This document shows positions 28,601 through 35,801 of a stretch of DNA of 37,812 bases, one piece after another. Under the pieces are notes generated by a model. It did no database searches. It was not told the origin of the DNA and saw only the letters and a list, made by a program, of their open reading frames with translations. Numbering within the stretch: position 1 is the stretch's first letter; every line of letters begins with the position of its first letter. A program made the translations under genes and the position numbers. The DNA comes from a virus (Duplodnaviria; Caudoviricetes), in IMG/VR virus record IMGVR_UViG_3300010413_000088, positions 1 to 37,812 of that record; one strand, given 5' to 3'.

Positions 28601-31600
28601 CAGGGCGGGCGGACATAGGCCAGCTCAAGGATAAGCGGGCAGAGGTCGCGCGGGAGATTGTGCAGCGTATGGGCCGGCGTTATATGGCCGAGTGGATGAC
28701 TGGGGCGCTTATGGAACGCTTCAAAGAGATCGAGCGCCTGGTACCGTCGGTGACAGACATAGATCCAGAAATGCGAAATCACGTAATTCATCACTGGTTA
28801 TGGGACCGGGCGAAGGGAACCGAAACCACCCACGAGGCCATGTATGAAGCTATGCGCCTAGCCGAGCAGGCGCAGACGTGGGACACGCCGGCGCAAGTGG
28901 CGCCAGATGTGCAGGCAGCTTTGACGCGGGCAGCCGAGGCGGGCGAATGGCCAGACGCCCAGGGCGCCCAACTATCTTTTGGCAAGTATGAAAGCGGCCC
29001 GGGCTTGCAGGTGGCACTTGATGGGAGCAAGGAGCCGGCCTATGGGTGGGCCAAGCGCTACCAGACCGAACTCGTACAGAGGGGATGGCTTGATTTCCGG
29101 GGGCAGCCTATCAGCCGGCAGCGCCCGGCGCATGATATCGCGCACCTATTCAGGATCTACCGGGATCCCGAGATGGAGACCTTACGAGTAATTTACCTCA
29201 AGGATGGGCAGCTAGTGAGCCATGAGGCCTTTACTAGTGGTATGGTGGATACCGTCCTAGTTGGCGACAAAGGTATAAATAGATGGGCCTTTGAGATCAA
29301 CCGGCGGGCGGATCGGTTGCAGGCCGACGAGATCTACCTTTTGCACAATCACCCGAGCGGTAGCCCCAAACCGAGCCCTGAGGATGTACGTATCACACGA
29401 GAGCTGTACGAGAAAGCGCCGCGGATCAAAGGCCATGTGGTGATCGATGGCGAGCAATACGCTTTTATTGACGCGACGCTGGCGGGCTTTGGGGTGGAAA
29501 CGTTAACGCCCCGGGCCTATTATCCGGCGATGCAGCCGATCAAGCCGGCACCGTTGCCATTCGAGGCAGCGCCGGGCCCAGCCAGTAGCCAACTGGCCGA
29601 GGTGTTGTTAGACTTTGTCGAAGGTGAACGCATCACAAGCCCGGCTAGAGTAGCGGAGGTCGGTAAACGGATCCACGAGGACGGTGTTACCATTCTATGG
29701 TTAAATACCCAGTTGGAGGTAGTCGGTTTTGAGCAGCGGCCGATCGAGTGGCTCCGCCGACCAGACGACTTTTGGCCGCTATTGTCTAGACAGCAGCGCT
29801 TTATGGACGCGGCCCAAGGGGCGATCGTGGTGAATATGAGGGACGAGGCAGCGCTAAGAGCGGCAATTAACAAATACTGGGAGAGTGTAACCTGGGGCGG
29901 TGAGCGTGCTGTAGAAGTGGTAGACGTGCTTTTGGTCGACGAGGGAAGCGACCTGTACCGATCCATGAGGGAAACCGAGGGTCTTGTACTAGGCGAGCTG
30001 AGCGGATACGCCAAGCGGCCGCCGTTTCGCCGAGTGTTTGAACCGCCAGCGGTCAGTCAGTGGGCACTTGACGAGCAGATAAAAGCTGTGGAGTCAGCGC
30101 GCCGGCGGGTGGACGTGGTCCGGGAGCGCACGAAATTGGAGGTAGGCGCCGCGCCAGACTCAGCATACCGCAAGGCTTTGGAGGTCCGCACCCGATCCGA
30201 GCAAGGGCTAGAGGCGATGATCGAGCAGGCGCGCGAGGCAGGGCTAGACACCACCAGGGCGGAAGGACTATTGACAGAGCGAGGCCCCTCCCAGGTGACC
30301 CGGGCCCGGGCGCAGCAGGGCGCGGCCGAGTTCCCCACCCTGGCAGAGCTTACACGCCACGTGGAACCGCGGGCGCTCGAGGCCTTAGACGCGATCGAGG
30401 CCGGGGTACTTTCAGACTGGGGCCAGTGGCAGGGACGCCAGGCCGACGCCAGGACGGCGGGCGCGGTAGATCGGTGGCTACAAACGCAGGTAAGGCCGGC
30501 TTTTGACAATGCGCGGTTGGCGGCAGTGACTGGGGCCCAGCGCATGGTAGATCGGGCCATGTTAGACTACAGCCAAAAGAACCGACTAGACGAGGTTATG
30601 TCGCTGGCTTTTCCGTACCACTTTTGGTATACACGCAGCGCTAAGAACTGGGCTAATCGTTTGGCCAGGGACCCGGCGCGGCTTATGCTGTATATCCGAT
30701 ACCGGCGAGCCATGAAGCAGGTGAACGAACAGCGTGGATTAAGGGGGCGTTTCGAGGGGCGCTGGCGGCTACCGGTGCCCGGGGCCCTGCAGGCAGAGCA
30801 GGGCGGGCCCTGGCCGGAGTACCTTGACCCGGCGCTGTACGTGGATCCCACAACCTGGCTATTCCCATTTAGTACCTTTGACCGGGTAGACTGGGACAAT
30901 CCCGAGCAGGCGCAGAACGCGTTGACGACTCTTTATCAGGGTATGACTAACTTTGGCTTTAGGCCTTACGCTTTTCTAGAGGTGCCGATCCAGTATACGG
31001 GCCAGCTAGGGGAGAGCCGGGAGGAAATCGGGGACCTCGTACCGCAGACCGGAATTATCCGCGGCCTTAGTGCCCTGGCGGGAGAGGCAGGCGCACAAAT
31101 GCCGGCGGGCGGCGTCGGCATTGAAACGCCGATCCGGCGTGCTGCAGGCCTGGGGGAGCAAGGGCCCTGGGATCCCTACCGGGTGCAGCGTATGTTATCC
31201 AGTATGGCAGCCGATAACCCCGCCACCTGGCAAGTAGCACTTGACGCGCAGGAGCTACAGCAGCAGGTAACACAAGGCAGCCTTGATCTGAAGGTGGCGA
31301 CTGGGGAGGCGCCGATCGATGTGGGACTAGAGGGAATCGCCCAGCGCTACGCCTGGCCACCGGAGCGATTACAGGCAGCCCAGGCGATGCTAAGGGACGC
31401 GGTACAGCGGGCAGCCGTGGAACGCGCGATCCCGGCGGTGGCCTCGTTTGCGGGGATCCCGGCGTCGGTGGTGGCCACCGGTGAGCAACGACAGCTTGAG
31501 CTACAGCGAGAGGGGCAGGCGCAGGCATGGACCCCGACCCAGCCGGCCGGCAGCCGGGCAGGTTATGAGGCCTGGCGCGATGTGCACCCCGAGCAATACA

Positions 31601-32970
31601 GCCGAAGTATGGGGTACCAGGTCCTCCCCGGAGAGACGCCGGCGGACTGGTGGACACCAGGCACAGCGGCCAATGTGGTAGCCGCTGGCCAGGAACGGGA
31701 TCGCATTGTAGCGCAATACCAGCAGCAGATCGAGGAAGCGCTAAGGGCAGACATTACCGATCAATGGACAGTGCGCCAGCTCGAGGAACAGCGAGGGGCA
31801 GAGCTAGACGCGATTGACGCCCGCTACCCGGCCCCGGAGAGTACGACGCAGGCGCCGGCCGCGCGCTTTGGGCAGACGCCGGCAGAGTACGGCCGCGCGG
31901 TACTGGATCGAGAGCTGAGGGCGATCAATGAGACACTACCCAAGTATACAGACTTTGCCAATTATGAGGACTACGAGGCAGCGCTTGACCTGGCGCTGGG
32001 CAGCTTGCCGGAGACTAACACAGCCCTAAAGATGGCCCAACGGTCCGGGGCCACGCGGGCATTGACGCTACAAGAGGCGCTCGAGGCCTGGCGTAAGCGG
32101 TACGATTCTCCCCTTGAAGCGCTACAGAAAACATACTTTGACCTCGTGTACTGGCCAGCCATGGACGAGTACCAGCGGCGGGTAGACGCTGGCCAGGACA
32201 AGGGCAAGGCGTGGGATGCAACGATCGGATCTATAGGGCCGATGACGGCCGCGGAGCTGATACCCGAGGTAGTAGGCAGCTACATGGATCAGGGCTGGCA
32301 AACTGAACAACTGCGGGCACTGTATGAGGGTATCACCTTCCCGGCCGCTGAGGAAGCAGGAGAGGGGCGACGGGCACCGGACGAACGCCAGTTCTGGCAA
32401 ATGTTGGAGTTAATCCCATACAATGCCCAGGTGCGAAATCAGCCAACCGTGGCCCTTCTCTTGTCTAAAGAGGCGCGAGCGACCGCCACACCAGAACAGA
32501 TCGCGGCCGCCAACGAGGCGTTAACTGGGTGGCTGGCAGAGCACCCCGAGGCCGAGACGGCAGCACGCCAGGCGGATCAACTGGCGGCCGAGATCGAGCA
32601 GCGATGGCCAGGGGTGAGGGAGCTCGAGAAGGAATACTTTACACTGAACAAGGCGGAGCGGGCACGCTTCCGGGAGGAACACCCGGAGCTAATGGCCATG
32701 TGGGACTACAAGGATCAATGGAAGGCAAATCATCCGGAGTATGTGGCGATCTACGATCCGGACTTTGAGCCGGACAAGGCAAAAGGGGACGGGCGGCGGA
32801 AGGCTGAGGCGGAGCGTGAAGGCTATCAGAAGGTATACACGCCCGGCGCGCCCTGGTGGGCCAGCTACAGAAGCGGCGGCGGTGGCCGGTCCTCCCCGAA
32901 GCGGTATAAATCTACCTGGCGCCATCCCCCGACGTGGGGCAGGCGCGAGGTAATCCGGGCTGGCTTGTAG
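22642..32970 (+). CDS. 3442-aa polyvalent internal virion (DNA-ejection) protein with ART-like, HhH-glycosylase-like and JAB/RadC domains
   Basis: Helical core motifs NPGFAFRNAINN and AMLDYS..FPYHFWYTRS flank inserted domains: FRAWFGDSKVVD..PLVVYHGT..GFDGV..WIAFDPTQVKS (ART-PolyVal-like), LAGVDYQKTGFVRHFLGLGDTPTVD (HhH-like), and LHNHPSGSPKPSPED (JAB/RadC). Confidence 0.85.
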   Translation: MPWPWERQSDSDKLPWQRWRTGADLQRDVFGGPAPQWFSRLADWSKSYLEAAGGRLRQAWRAPQDVTLPEYAPAAWPTQTPEDYENTPEGRAAAYEAFKAANVKPTGWGLGAMRRAGGPIGAVGQAVETAGRAIAQPASWGLGVVGELPRAPLGVLGWGAVGMHPEARDLPIKDIYPLIEAAPSLGARTMAEQLPAASRHFVDTWRTEGPAAALTRPYQGATPWAPESVETAAIRYVANAPAEERRAAAEHVAETTYSPIAQMWAEIALDPLNVLDIASTTGRAAEAAREIAKAEAEYTTARRVAELSTKLDEVLESGRAIDQVTRPPEQTGRIRALLGGDWEGFKQAINPFALTPESRAAADQADTFLITSNLLEGAGDAAQARTRLEFFRTNPTEAAKVYGSYLASNKGRRVAETLRGVNLDGVEWLTPGRAYQPQAAAMEIHERARPVLETMHGVTEPTGYRKFARGFKRLASEFYMNLNPGFAFRNAINNTVTLAYDGLLAMDTPADVDRYLQRLEILPARVRTGIGGLEELTGAGSQLPAPLRQVSEAGARLARTSWIGEEAFYKRGFVSALRRTLNQTWHAGTRVPAPPAEVYQALGPGGTADLVAAAASGANWQEIVENTRRILNPRRPGEALGLVVRYLDPEQLDYLSPGVVAHLHDRIVAAESPGQVSEAIQEARDLIVAQGDAAYRRELFDPSRTVYTEATTAEGLTDLVQGMLEDARLAGLPEDVATQWVNRIEARIRAVEDELRRAVGDLTKEAAQVGTRDAALIAYEANRQQAEMLNETRRIVDEARREAWQLVEAAPAEASAIWERYFMQATQEWERHFSEALQVVEEARGDLERLASGVPIGDLVGGDPRELAEERLARQAAIARRAGEELPELGGDFDRRLEILRARVDLAQENAWRLGFQAADQETLDILESAYRYEQDVARKWRAERDALRNEMLGKLDQLPRRGKTKEQIAEARAAVRWEYAERQDELARIRFGQQAKRWEIAEAEVRYKRLGGEVAPPQRPEIAAPTRFVRRPAPEGATAVDAAQWDLRELSRELEVMQADMASGARPHDPAALADQLDRITEARDRAIVEARRGLGDLASATHTQLRRRRNRKWTVDIYQNDRVIGSEHFDTFREAQARRDELGLALTAPADVAQEPGARIERYRDLQRRIAGAEVEIDEVRNWAREAQAQGADAARVAWDRGLGEWALEYVDTKGQRVITKRPMGRNKEMAQRAADLSKQVLERAEQAPAPAAPAAAEAAAEEVVRQHEAATRQRLQDEGIFDRADEISRQVEEATTQEVHPLDAALAAAFEQEVEAAAAYPTTLEEAADLFLGKQPESPEDWRRLSEQLQQATKEALDLASEEGLKAEIARRLYVRLDEPRYIEVGGKTKEIRKQKRAGVTESQLRREILGGMKPRDFYQYQGDVAEWYNGLATDAAIRSVGGEAPPRTPPAWLVPPPPSGIVGVAETAAGYGVGGTQTEAFRAWFGDSKVVDAAGDPLVVYHGTQAPEIFDEFSVSGPPIVEGGEYAAVSSSNDPTSYMGAHFAQEPEVAGRFAGAEPVTWLKTRYVQEGQAGGRVYPVYLSIDNPRVFNSEAELGDLVFSQDVGHLPQLDQIMWDTQYMGLGEDRFWEMYQADPEFRGEVNRIALERALGEDEPESVAELVAELGWLAREELEAAGFDGVRYPNMVEGGTSWIAFDPTQVKSATANVGRWSRTEPSILRERAPHPVYGDIATRRAQQAEKGLRTFQKVPAREFIGLVEDTGLLSAQQAAELMGQQRPEYLAAVIDYLTYKREQFLTGQLTVRDVAKAMVMNSASQRASEQRLTTFLTNMSKFGLEDLPIPDHGILWKNGEPWIRREDAAAAWLLTPNGRQALDKLDQGIVDTELWFELEQVMSSWGLPVFQYHGTFDPTSKSVNFHRLPEYVERFNQAGRQYANGEIGWRELNELTRELAGVDYQKTGFVRHFLGLGDTPTVDAVEINWWLTGRADIGQLKDKRAEVAREIVQRMGRRYMAEWMTGALMERFKEIERLVPSVTDIDPEMRNHVIHHWLWDRAKGTETTHEAMYEAMRLAEQAQTWDTPAQVAPDVQAALTRAAEAGEWPDAQGAQLSFGKYESGPGLQVALDGSKEPAYGWAKRYQTELVQRGWLDFRGQPISRQRPAHDIAHLFRIYRDPEMETLRVIYLKDGQLVSHEAFTSGMVDTVLVGDKGINRWAFEINRRADRLQADEIYLLHNHPSGSPKPSPEDVRITRELYEKAPRIKGHVVIDGEQYAFIDATLAGFGVETLTPRAYYPAMQPIKPAPLPFEAAPGPASSQLAEVLLDFVEGERITSPARVAEVGKRIHEDGVTILWLNTQLEVVGFEQRPIEWLRRPDDFWPLLSRQQRFMDAAQGAIVVNMRDEAALRAAINKYWESVTWGGERAVEVVDVLLVDEGSDLYRSMRETEGLVLGELSGYAKRPPFRRVFEPPAVSQWALDEQIKAVESARRRVDVVRERTKLEVGAAPDSAYRKALEVRTRSEQGLEAMIEQAREAGLDTTRAEGLLTERGPSQVTRARAQQGAAEFPTLAELTRHVEPRALEALDAIEAGVLSDWGQWQGRQADARTAGAVDRWLQTQVRPAFDNARLAAVTGAQRMVDRAMLDYSQKNRLDEVMSLAFPYHFWYTRSAKNWANRLARDPARLMLYIRYRRAMKQVNEQRGLRGRFEGRWRLPVPGALQAEQGGPWPEYLDPALYVDPTTWLFPFSTFDRVDWDNPEQAQNALTTLYQGMTNFGFRPYAFLEVPIQYTGQLGESREEIGDLVPQTGIIRGLSALAGEAGAQMPAGGVGIETPIRRAAGLGEQGPWDPYRVQRMLSSMAADNPATWQVALDAQELQQQVTQGSLDLKVATGEAPIDVGLEGIAQRYAWPPERLQAAQAMLRDAVQRAAVERAIPAVASFAGIPASVVATGEQRQLELQREGQAQAWTPTQPAGSRAGYEAWRDVHPEQYSRSMGYQVLPGETPADWWTPGTAANVVAAGQERDRIVAQYQQQIEEALRADITDQWTVRQLEEQRGAELDAIDARYPAPESTTQAPAARFGQTPAEYGRAVLDRELRAINETLPKYTDFANYEDYEAALDLALGSLPETNTALKMAQRSGATRALTLQEALEAWRKRYDSPLEALQKTYFDLVYWPAMDEYQRRVDAGQDKGKAWDATIGSIGPMTAAELIPEVVGSYMDQGWQTEQLRALYEGITFPAAEEAGEGRRAPDERQFWQMLELIPYNAQVRNQPTVALLLSKEARATATPEQIAAANEALTGWLAEHPEAETAARQADQLAAEIEQRWPGVRELEKEYFTLNKAERARFREEHPELMAMWDYKDQWKANHPEYVAIYDPDFEPDKAKGDGRRKAEAEREGYQKVYTPGAPWWASYRSGGGGRSSPKRYKSTWRHPPTWGRREVIRAGL

Positions 32971-33010
32971 GGTTGCGGCTATCAGCCGATAAAAAGAAAG
33001 GGAGGTAAAC

Positions 33011-33646
33011 ATGAGCAGGCTACCAGTAGAGGTTATCGGATGGGATGGAGTGCCGCGGGATCTGGCATACTTGCGGATCCGGTACGGTGACTTTCAGATC
33101 GTGGACACGGGACCCAGCGAGGGAGCGCCCGCCTTTTGGGTGAGCAAACTCGTAGAGCGGGCGGACGGCCCGGTAATCTGGCGTAAGGACAACACGCCGG
33201 ACGCAACGGCGAGTCTGGTTGTGCGAATCGTCGACGAAAACGGGGCGCCAGTGTCGGGGGTTCACGTGGCCTTTTACTGGCCAGATGCGCCAGAGGATCC
33301 GGCGGCCGGTGGCCTGGGGCGCTGTGTCAACGGCTGGACCGGGAACAATGGGGACGTGGGCTTTGGAATGGGCCCCGGGGCTTTTTACTGGCCCAGCCAG
33401 AACCAGATCGGGCCTCATGCAGTATGGATCTATGGTCAGGAGGTGCGCGGCGAGCTGGTGAACGGGCTGGGTATGGTGGCCCTAACAAACCACTACCACT
33501 TTGACGTAGAGTATACCCTGGTGCAGAACCCGGGCGGAGGGGATCCCCTTCCGGTGGACTTAGAGGCCATCGAGGACAAGGCCCGCCGTATTAAGCGGCT
33601 GAGTGCCCAAATCGTGGAGCTGGTCCAGGCGGCCCAAGGCGGATAG
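33011..33646 (+). CDS. Hypothetical protein with a transthyretin/carboxypeptidase-regulatory-like beta domain and C-terminal coiled coil
   Basis: LVVRIVDENGAPVSGVHVAFYWP...TGNNGDVGF...GPHAVWI...GLGM...NHYHFDVEY; strong RBS GGGAGGT. Confidence 0.6.
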   Translation: MSRLPVEVIGWDGVPRDLAYLRIRYGDFQIVDTGPSEGAPAFWVSKLVERADGPVIWRKDNTPDATASLVVRIVDENGAPVSGVHVAFYWPDAPEDPAAGGLGRCVNGWTGNNGDVGFGMGPGAFYWPSQNQIGPHAVWIYGQEVRGELVNGLGMVALTNHYHFDVEYTLVQNPGGGDPLPVDLEAIEDKARRIKRLSAQIVELVQAAQGG

Positions 33647-33647
33647 T

Positions 33648-34004
33648 ATGGAGATCCAGCCAGGGGGTACGGTATGGGGGTGGAAAGTGATCGTGGTCGT
33701 GGTCGTGGTGACGATCGCGGTTGTGGCCCTCGTGGTGGCCACGTGTGAGCCGCCACCGGTCCCAGTGACACCGACTTATACCAGCCTGGCGCCGAGTGTG
33801 ACACCAACGCCGAGCGCCACGTACACGGCTACCAGCACGAGCACGCCGACGACGGCGCCGACGGACACGGCCACGCCAACGGTGACCGATACCGCCACGC
33901 CGACACCAAGCAGAACAGCGACAAGCACACCGACAGGCACGGCCACGCCGGCGCCCGAGGTGTTACCAGAAACAGGGGGACAGAACCCCAGTGATGGAGG
34001 GTAG
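33648..34004 (+). CDS. Membrane-anchored Thr/Pro-rich stalk protein ending in LPETG, 118 aa
   Basis: ATG 33648; hydrophobic VIVVVVVVTIAVVALVVATC, about 70 aa of T/P/S/A repeats, then VLPETGGQNPSDGG*. Confidence 0.75.
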   Translation: MEIQPGGTVWGWKVIVVVVVVTIAVVALVVATCEPPPVPVTPTYTSLAPSVTPTPSATYTATSTSTPTTAPTDTATPTVTDTATPTPSRTATSTPTGTATPAPEVLPETGGQNPSDGG

Positions 34005-34008
34005 TGTT

Positions 34009-34743
34009 ATGACCGAGGACTTGACCGCCCAGCAGAGCGCGACAGTAGGAGCCGGGGCAGGCGTGGAGACGCCGGCAGCTCCCCATCTCGAGGCGCCAGG
34101 GGCACCAGCAGCAGATAGCCCGCCACCGGTGGAACCGGGGGCAGAGTCCGAGGAAGGGCAGCAGGAGCCGACCCCAACGACTGAGGGCGCGCCCAGCGCA
34201 CCCGTGGCCACGCCAACACCGGCGCCTGAACTACCGGCGGTTGACGTGGAGAAGTTGCGAAAAGAGCGAGACGCGGAGACGCGGCGCTTTGACGCGGAGA
34301 TGGGGCGGCTAAATCTCGAGTACCAAGGCACAGCGGACGAGGGCAAGCGCGCGGAGATCGCGCGATCCATGGGCCGGCTTGAAGCAGAATACAAGGCGGC
34401 CTATATGGCGAACTTTGCCCAGGAGCACGGCGTAGAGCTCACGGATCCGGAAGTCAACCGGGAGGCGCCCAATCAAGCCGCTTTCGAGGCCAGTGTACTA
34501 CGAGCCGCTAATAGGCGGCTGGGCGAGCAGGCCAAGGCGGCCAAGGCCCAGCTTGCAAAGCTTCAAGCGGATCTACCTGCAACGGTGGCCGCTGAGGTGC
34601 AGCGACAGCTTACAGCGTCGGGTGTCAACCGCATGGACGCCGGCGCCGGCGCGGCGGGTGGCAGGGTGACAGACTGGACCACCGCCACGCCGGAACAGGT
34701 GGCAGCGATGCAGCAGCGGATCGACGCCCAGCGCGGCCGGTAA
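34009..34743 (+). CDS. Putative capsid scaffolding protein
   Basis: ATG 34009 after GGAGGG; acidic Pro/Glu-rich N-terminus plus coiled coils; immediately upstream of the major capsid gene. Confidence 0.75.
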   Translation: MTEDLTAQQSATVGAGAGVETPAAPHLEAPGAPAADSPPPVEPGAESEEGQQEPTPTTEGAPSAPVATPTPAPELPAVDVEKLRKERDAETRRFDAEMGRLNLEYQGTADEGKRAEIARSMGRLEAEYKAAYMANFAQEHGVELTDPEVNREAPNQAAFEASVLRAANRRLGEQAKAAKAQLAKLQADLPATVAAEVQRQLTASGVNRMDAGAGAAGGRVTDWTTATPEQVAAMQQRIDAQRGR

Positions 34744-34777
34744 CAAAACCAATCAAAAGCTATAGGAGGCTTTGACG

Positions 34778-35719
34778 ATGGCAGCAACCCAAACCATGAC
34801 GAACTTGACCAACGAGGCGAAAACCTGGTACGATCGGAAGCTACTTGATCGGGCCATGGAGGTGTTCGTGTATCAGCAGGCGGCGCAGCGCCGCCCCATC
34901 CCCAAGCGAGGGGGGATCAATATCGAGTTCCGCCGCTTTACCGCACTGGCGGCGGCAACCACGCCACTCACGGAGGGGACGCCTCCCAGTGGTTCAGACC
35001 TGGCCGTCACGGCGATCTATGCGACGGTGAGCCAGTACGGAGATTATATCAAAGGTAGCGACATTGTCGAGACCCAAGCGATCGATCCCGTTCTGGATGA
35101 AGTCACCGACCTGCAGGGGGACCAGGCAGGGCAGACCTTTGACGTGATCACCAAAGTGGAGCTTGCAGCCGGTACGAATGTCCTATATGCCAACGGTGCG
35201 GGTAGCCGTGGTGATGTGGGGAGCGGTGACTGGTTCAGCTTGACCGAGCTCCGCCGAGCGGAGCGGCTACTGAGCCGGAACAAGGGCCGCCCCATCCAGG
35301 GTAACAAGTTCATGGCGTTTATCCATTCTGACACCTATACGGACTTTGTCCAAGACAGTACCGTAAACACGATCTTGACCAACGCCGGCGCCCGTGGCGA
35401 CAGTAACCCGATTTTCAGGGGTGAGGTCGGGCGGATCAGTCGGTCGGTTTTGGTCGAGACGCCTAACGGTGTGGTCTTTTCAGGGTCCGGAGAGGACAGC
35501 GGGGACGTATACGCTACGATCGTCGTGGCGGCAAATGCTTATGGCGTGGTGGAACTCGAGGCACATAGTCTCACCACGACCTGGGTACCGGCAAAGCCGG
35601 ACCACTACGACCCTTTGGGTCAGAGCTGGATCAAGGGGTGGAAGTCAACTTTTACGGCCAAGCGACTCAACGAAGATTGGATGGTTAGAATTGAGCACGC
35701 TTGCACGTATCCGTACTAG
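34778..35719 (+). CDS. Major capsid protein, N4-gp56 family
   Basis: ATG after AGGAGG; WYDRKLLDRA...IPKRGG..IEFRRF..L.....PLTEGTPP....L....I.ATVSQYGDY...SD......IDP; GEVG; DPLGQ....GWK. Confidence 0.92.
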   Translation: MAATQTMTNLTNEAKTWYDRKLLDRAMEVFVYQQAAQRRPIPKRGGINIEFRRFTALAAATTPLTEGTPPSGSDLAVTAIYATVSQYGDYIKGSDIVETQAIDPVLDEVTDLQGDQAGQTFDVITKVELAAGTNVLYANGAGSRGDVGSGDWFSLTELRRAERLLSRNKGRPIQGNKFMAFIHSDTYTDFVQDSTVNTILTNAGARGDSNPIFRGEVGRISRSVLVETPNGVVFSGSGEDSGDVYATIVVAANAYGVVELEAHSLTTTWVPAKPDHYDPLGQSWIKGWKSTFTAKRLNEDWMVRIEHACTYPY

Positions 35720-35729
35720 CTAGTCGGCA

Positions 35730-35780
35730 GCGGCGCCGAAGTGCCGCAGAAGGACGGGGCGGGGGCCCAGCCCCCGCCCC
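35730..35780 (+). promoter_or_regulatory. Tandem hairpins after the capsid gene (mRNA stabiliser or partial terminator)
   Basis: GCGGCGC-CGAA-GTGCCGC (35730-47) and GGGGCGGGGGC-CCA-GCCCCCGCCCC (35756-80); no U-tract. Confidence 0.55.
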
Positions 35781-35801
35781 CAGTGTGAAAGGACGGATAG
35801 C

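Noticed and set aside
33760-33955. Short imperfect repeats (acggccacgcc and similar)
   Set aside because: Explained by Thr-Ala-Thr-Pro codons of the stalk protein.
35717-35788. Capsid stop TAG followed by CTAG and hairpins, suggesting read-through or frameshift extension
   Set aside because: Read-through adds only 22 residues before TGA and is out of frame with the 35802 gene. I saw no slippery heptamer.
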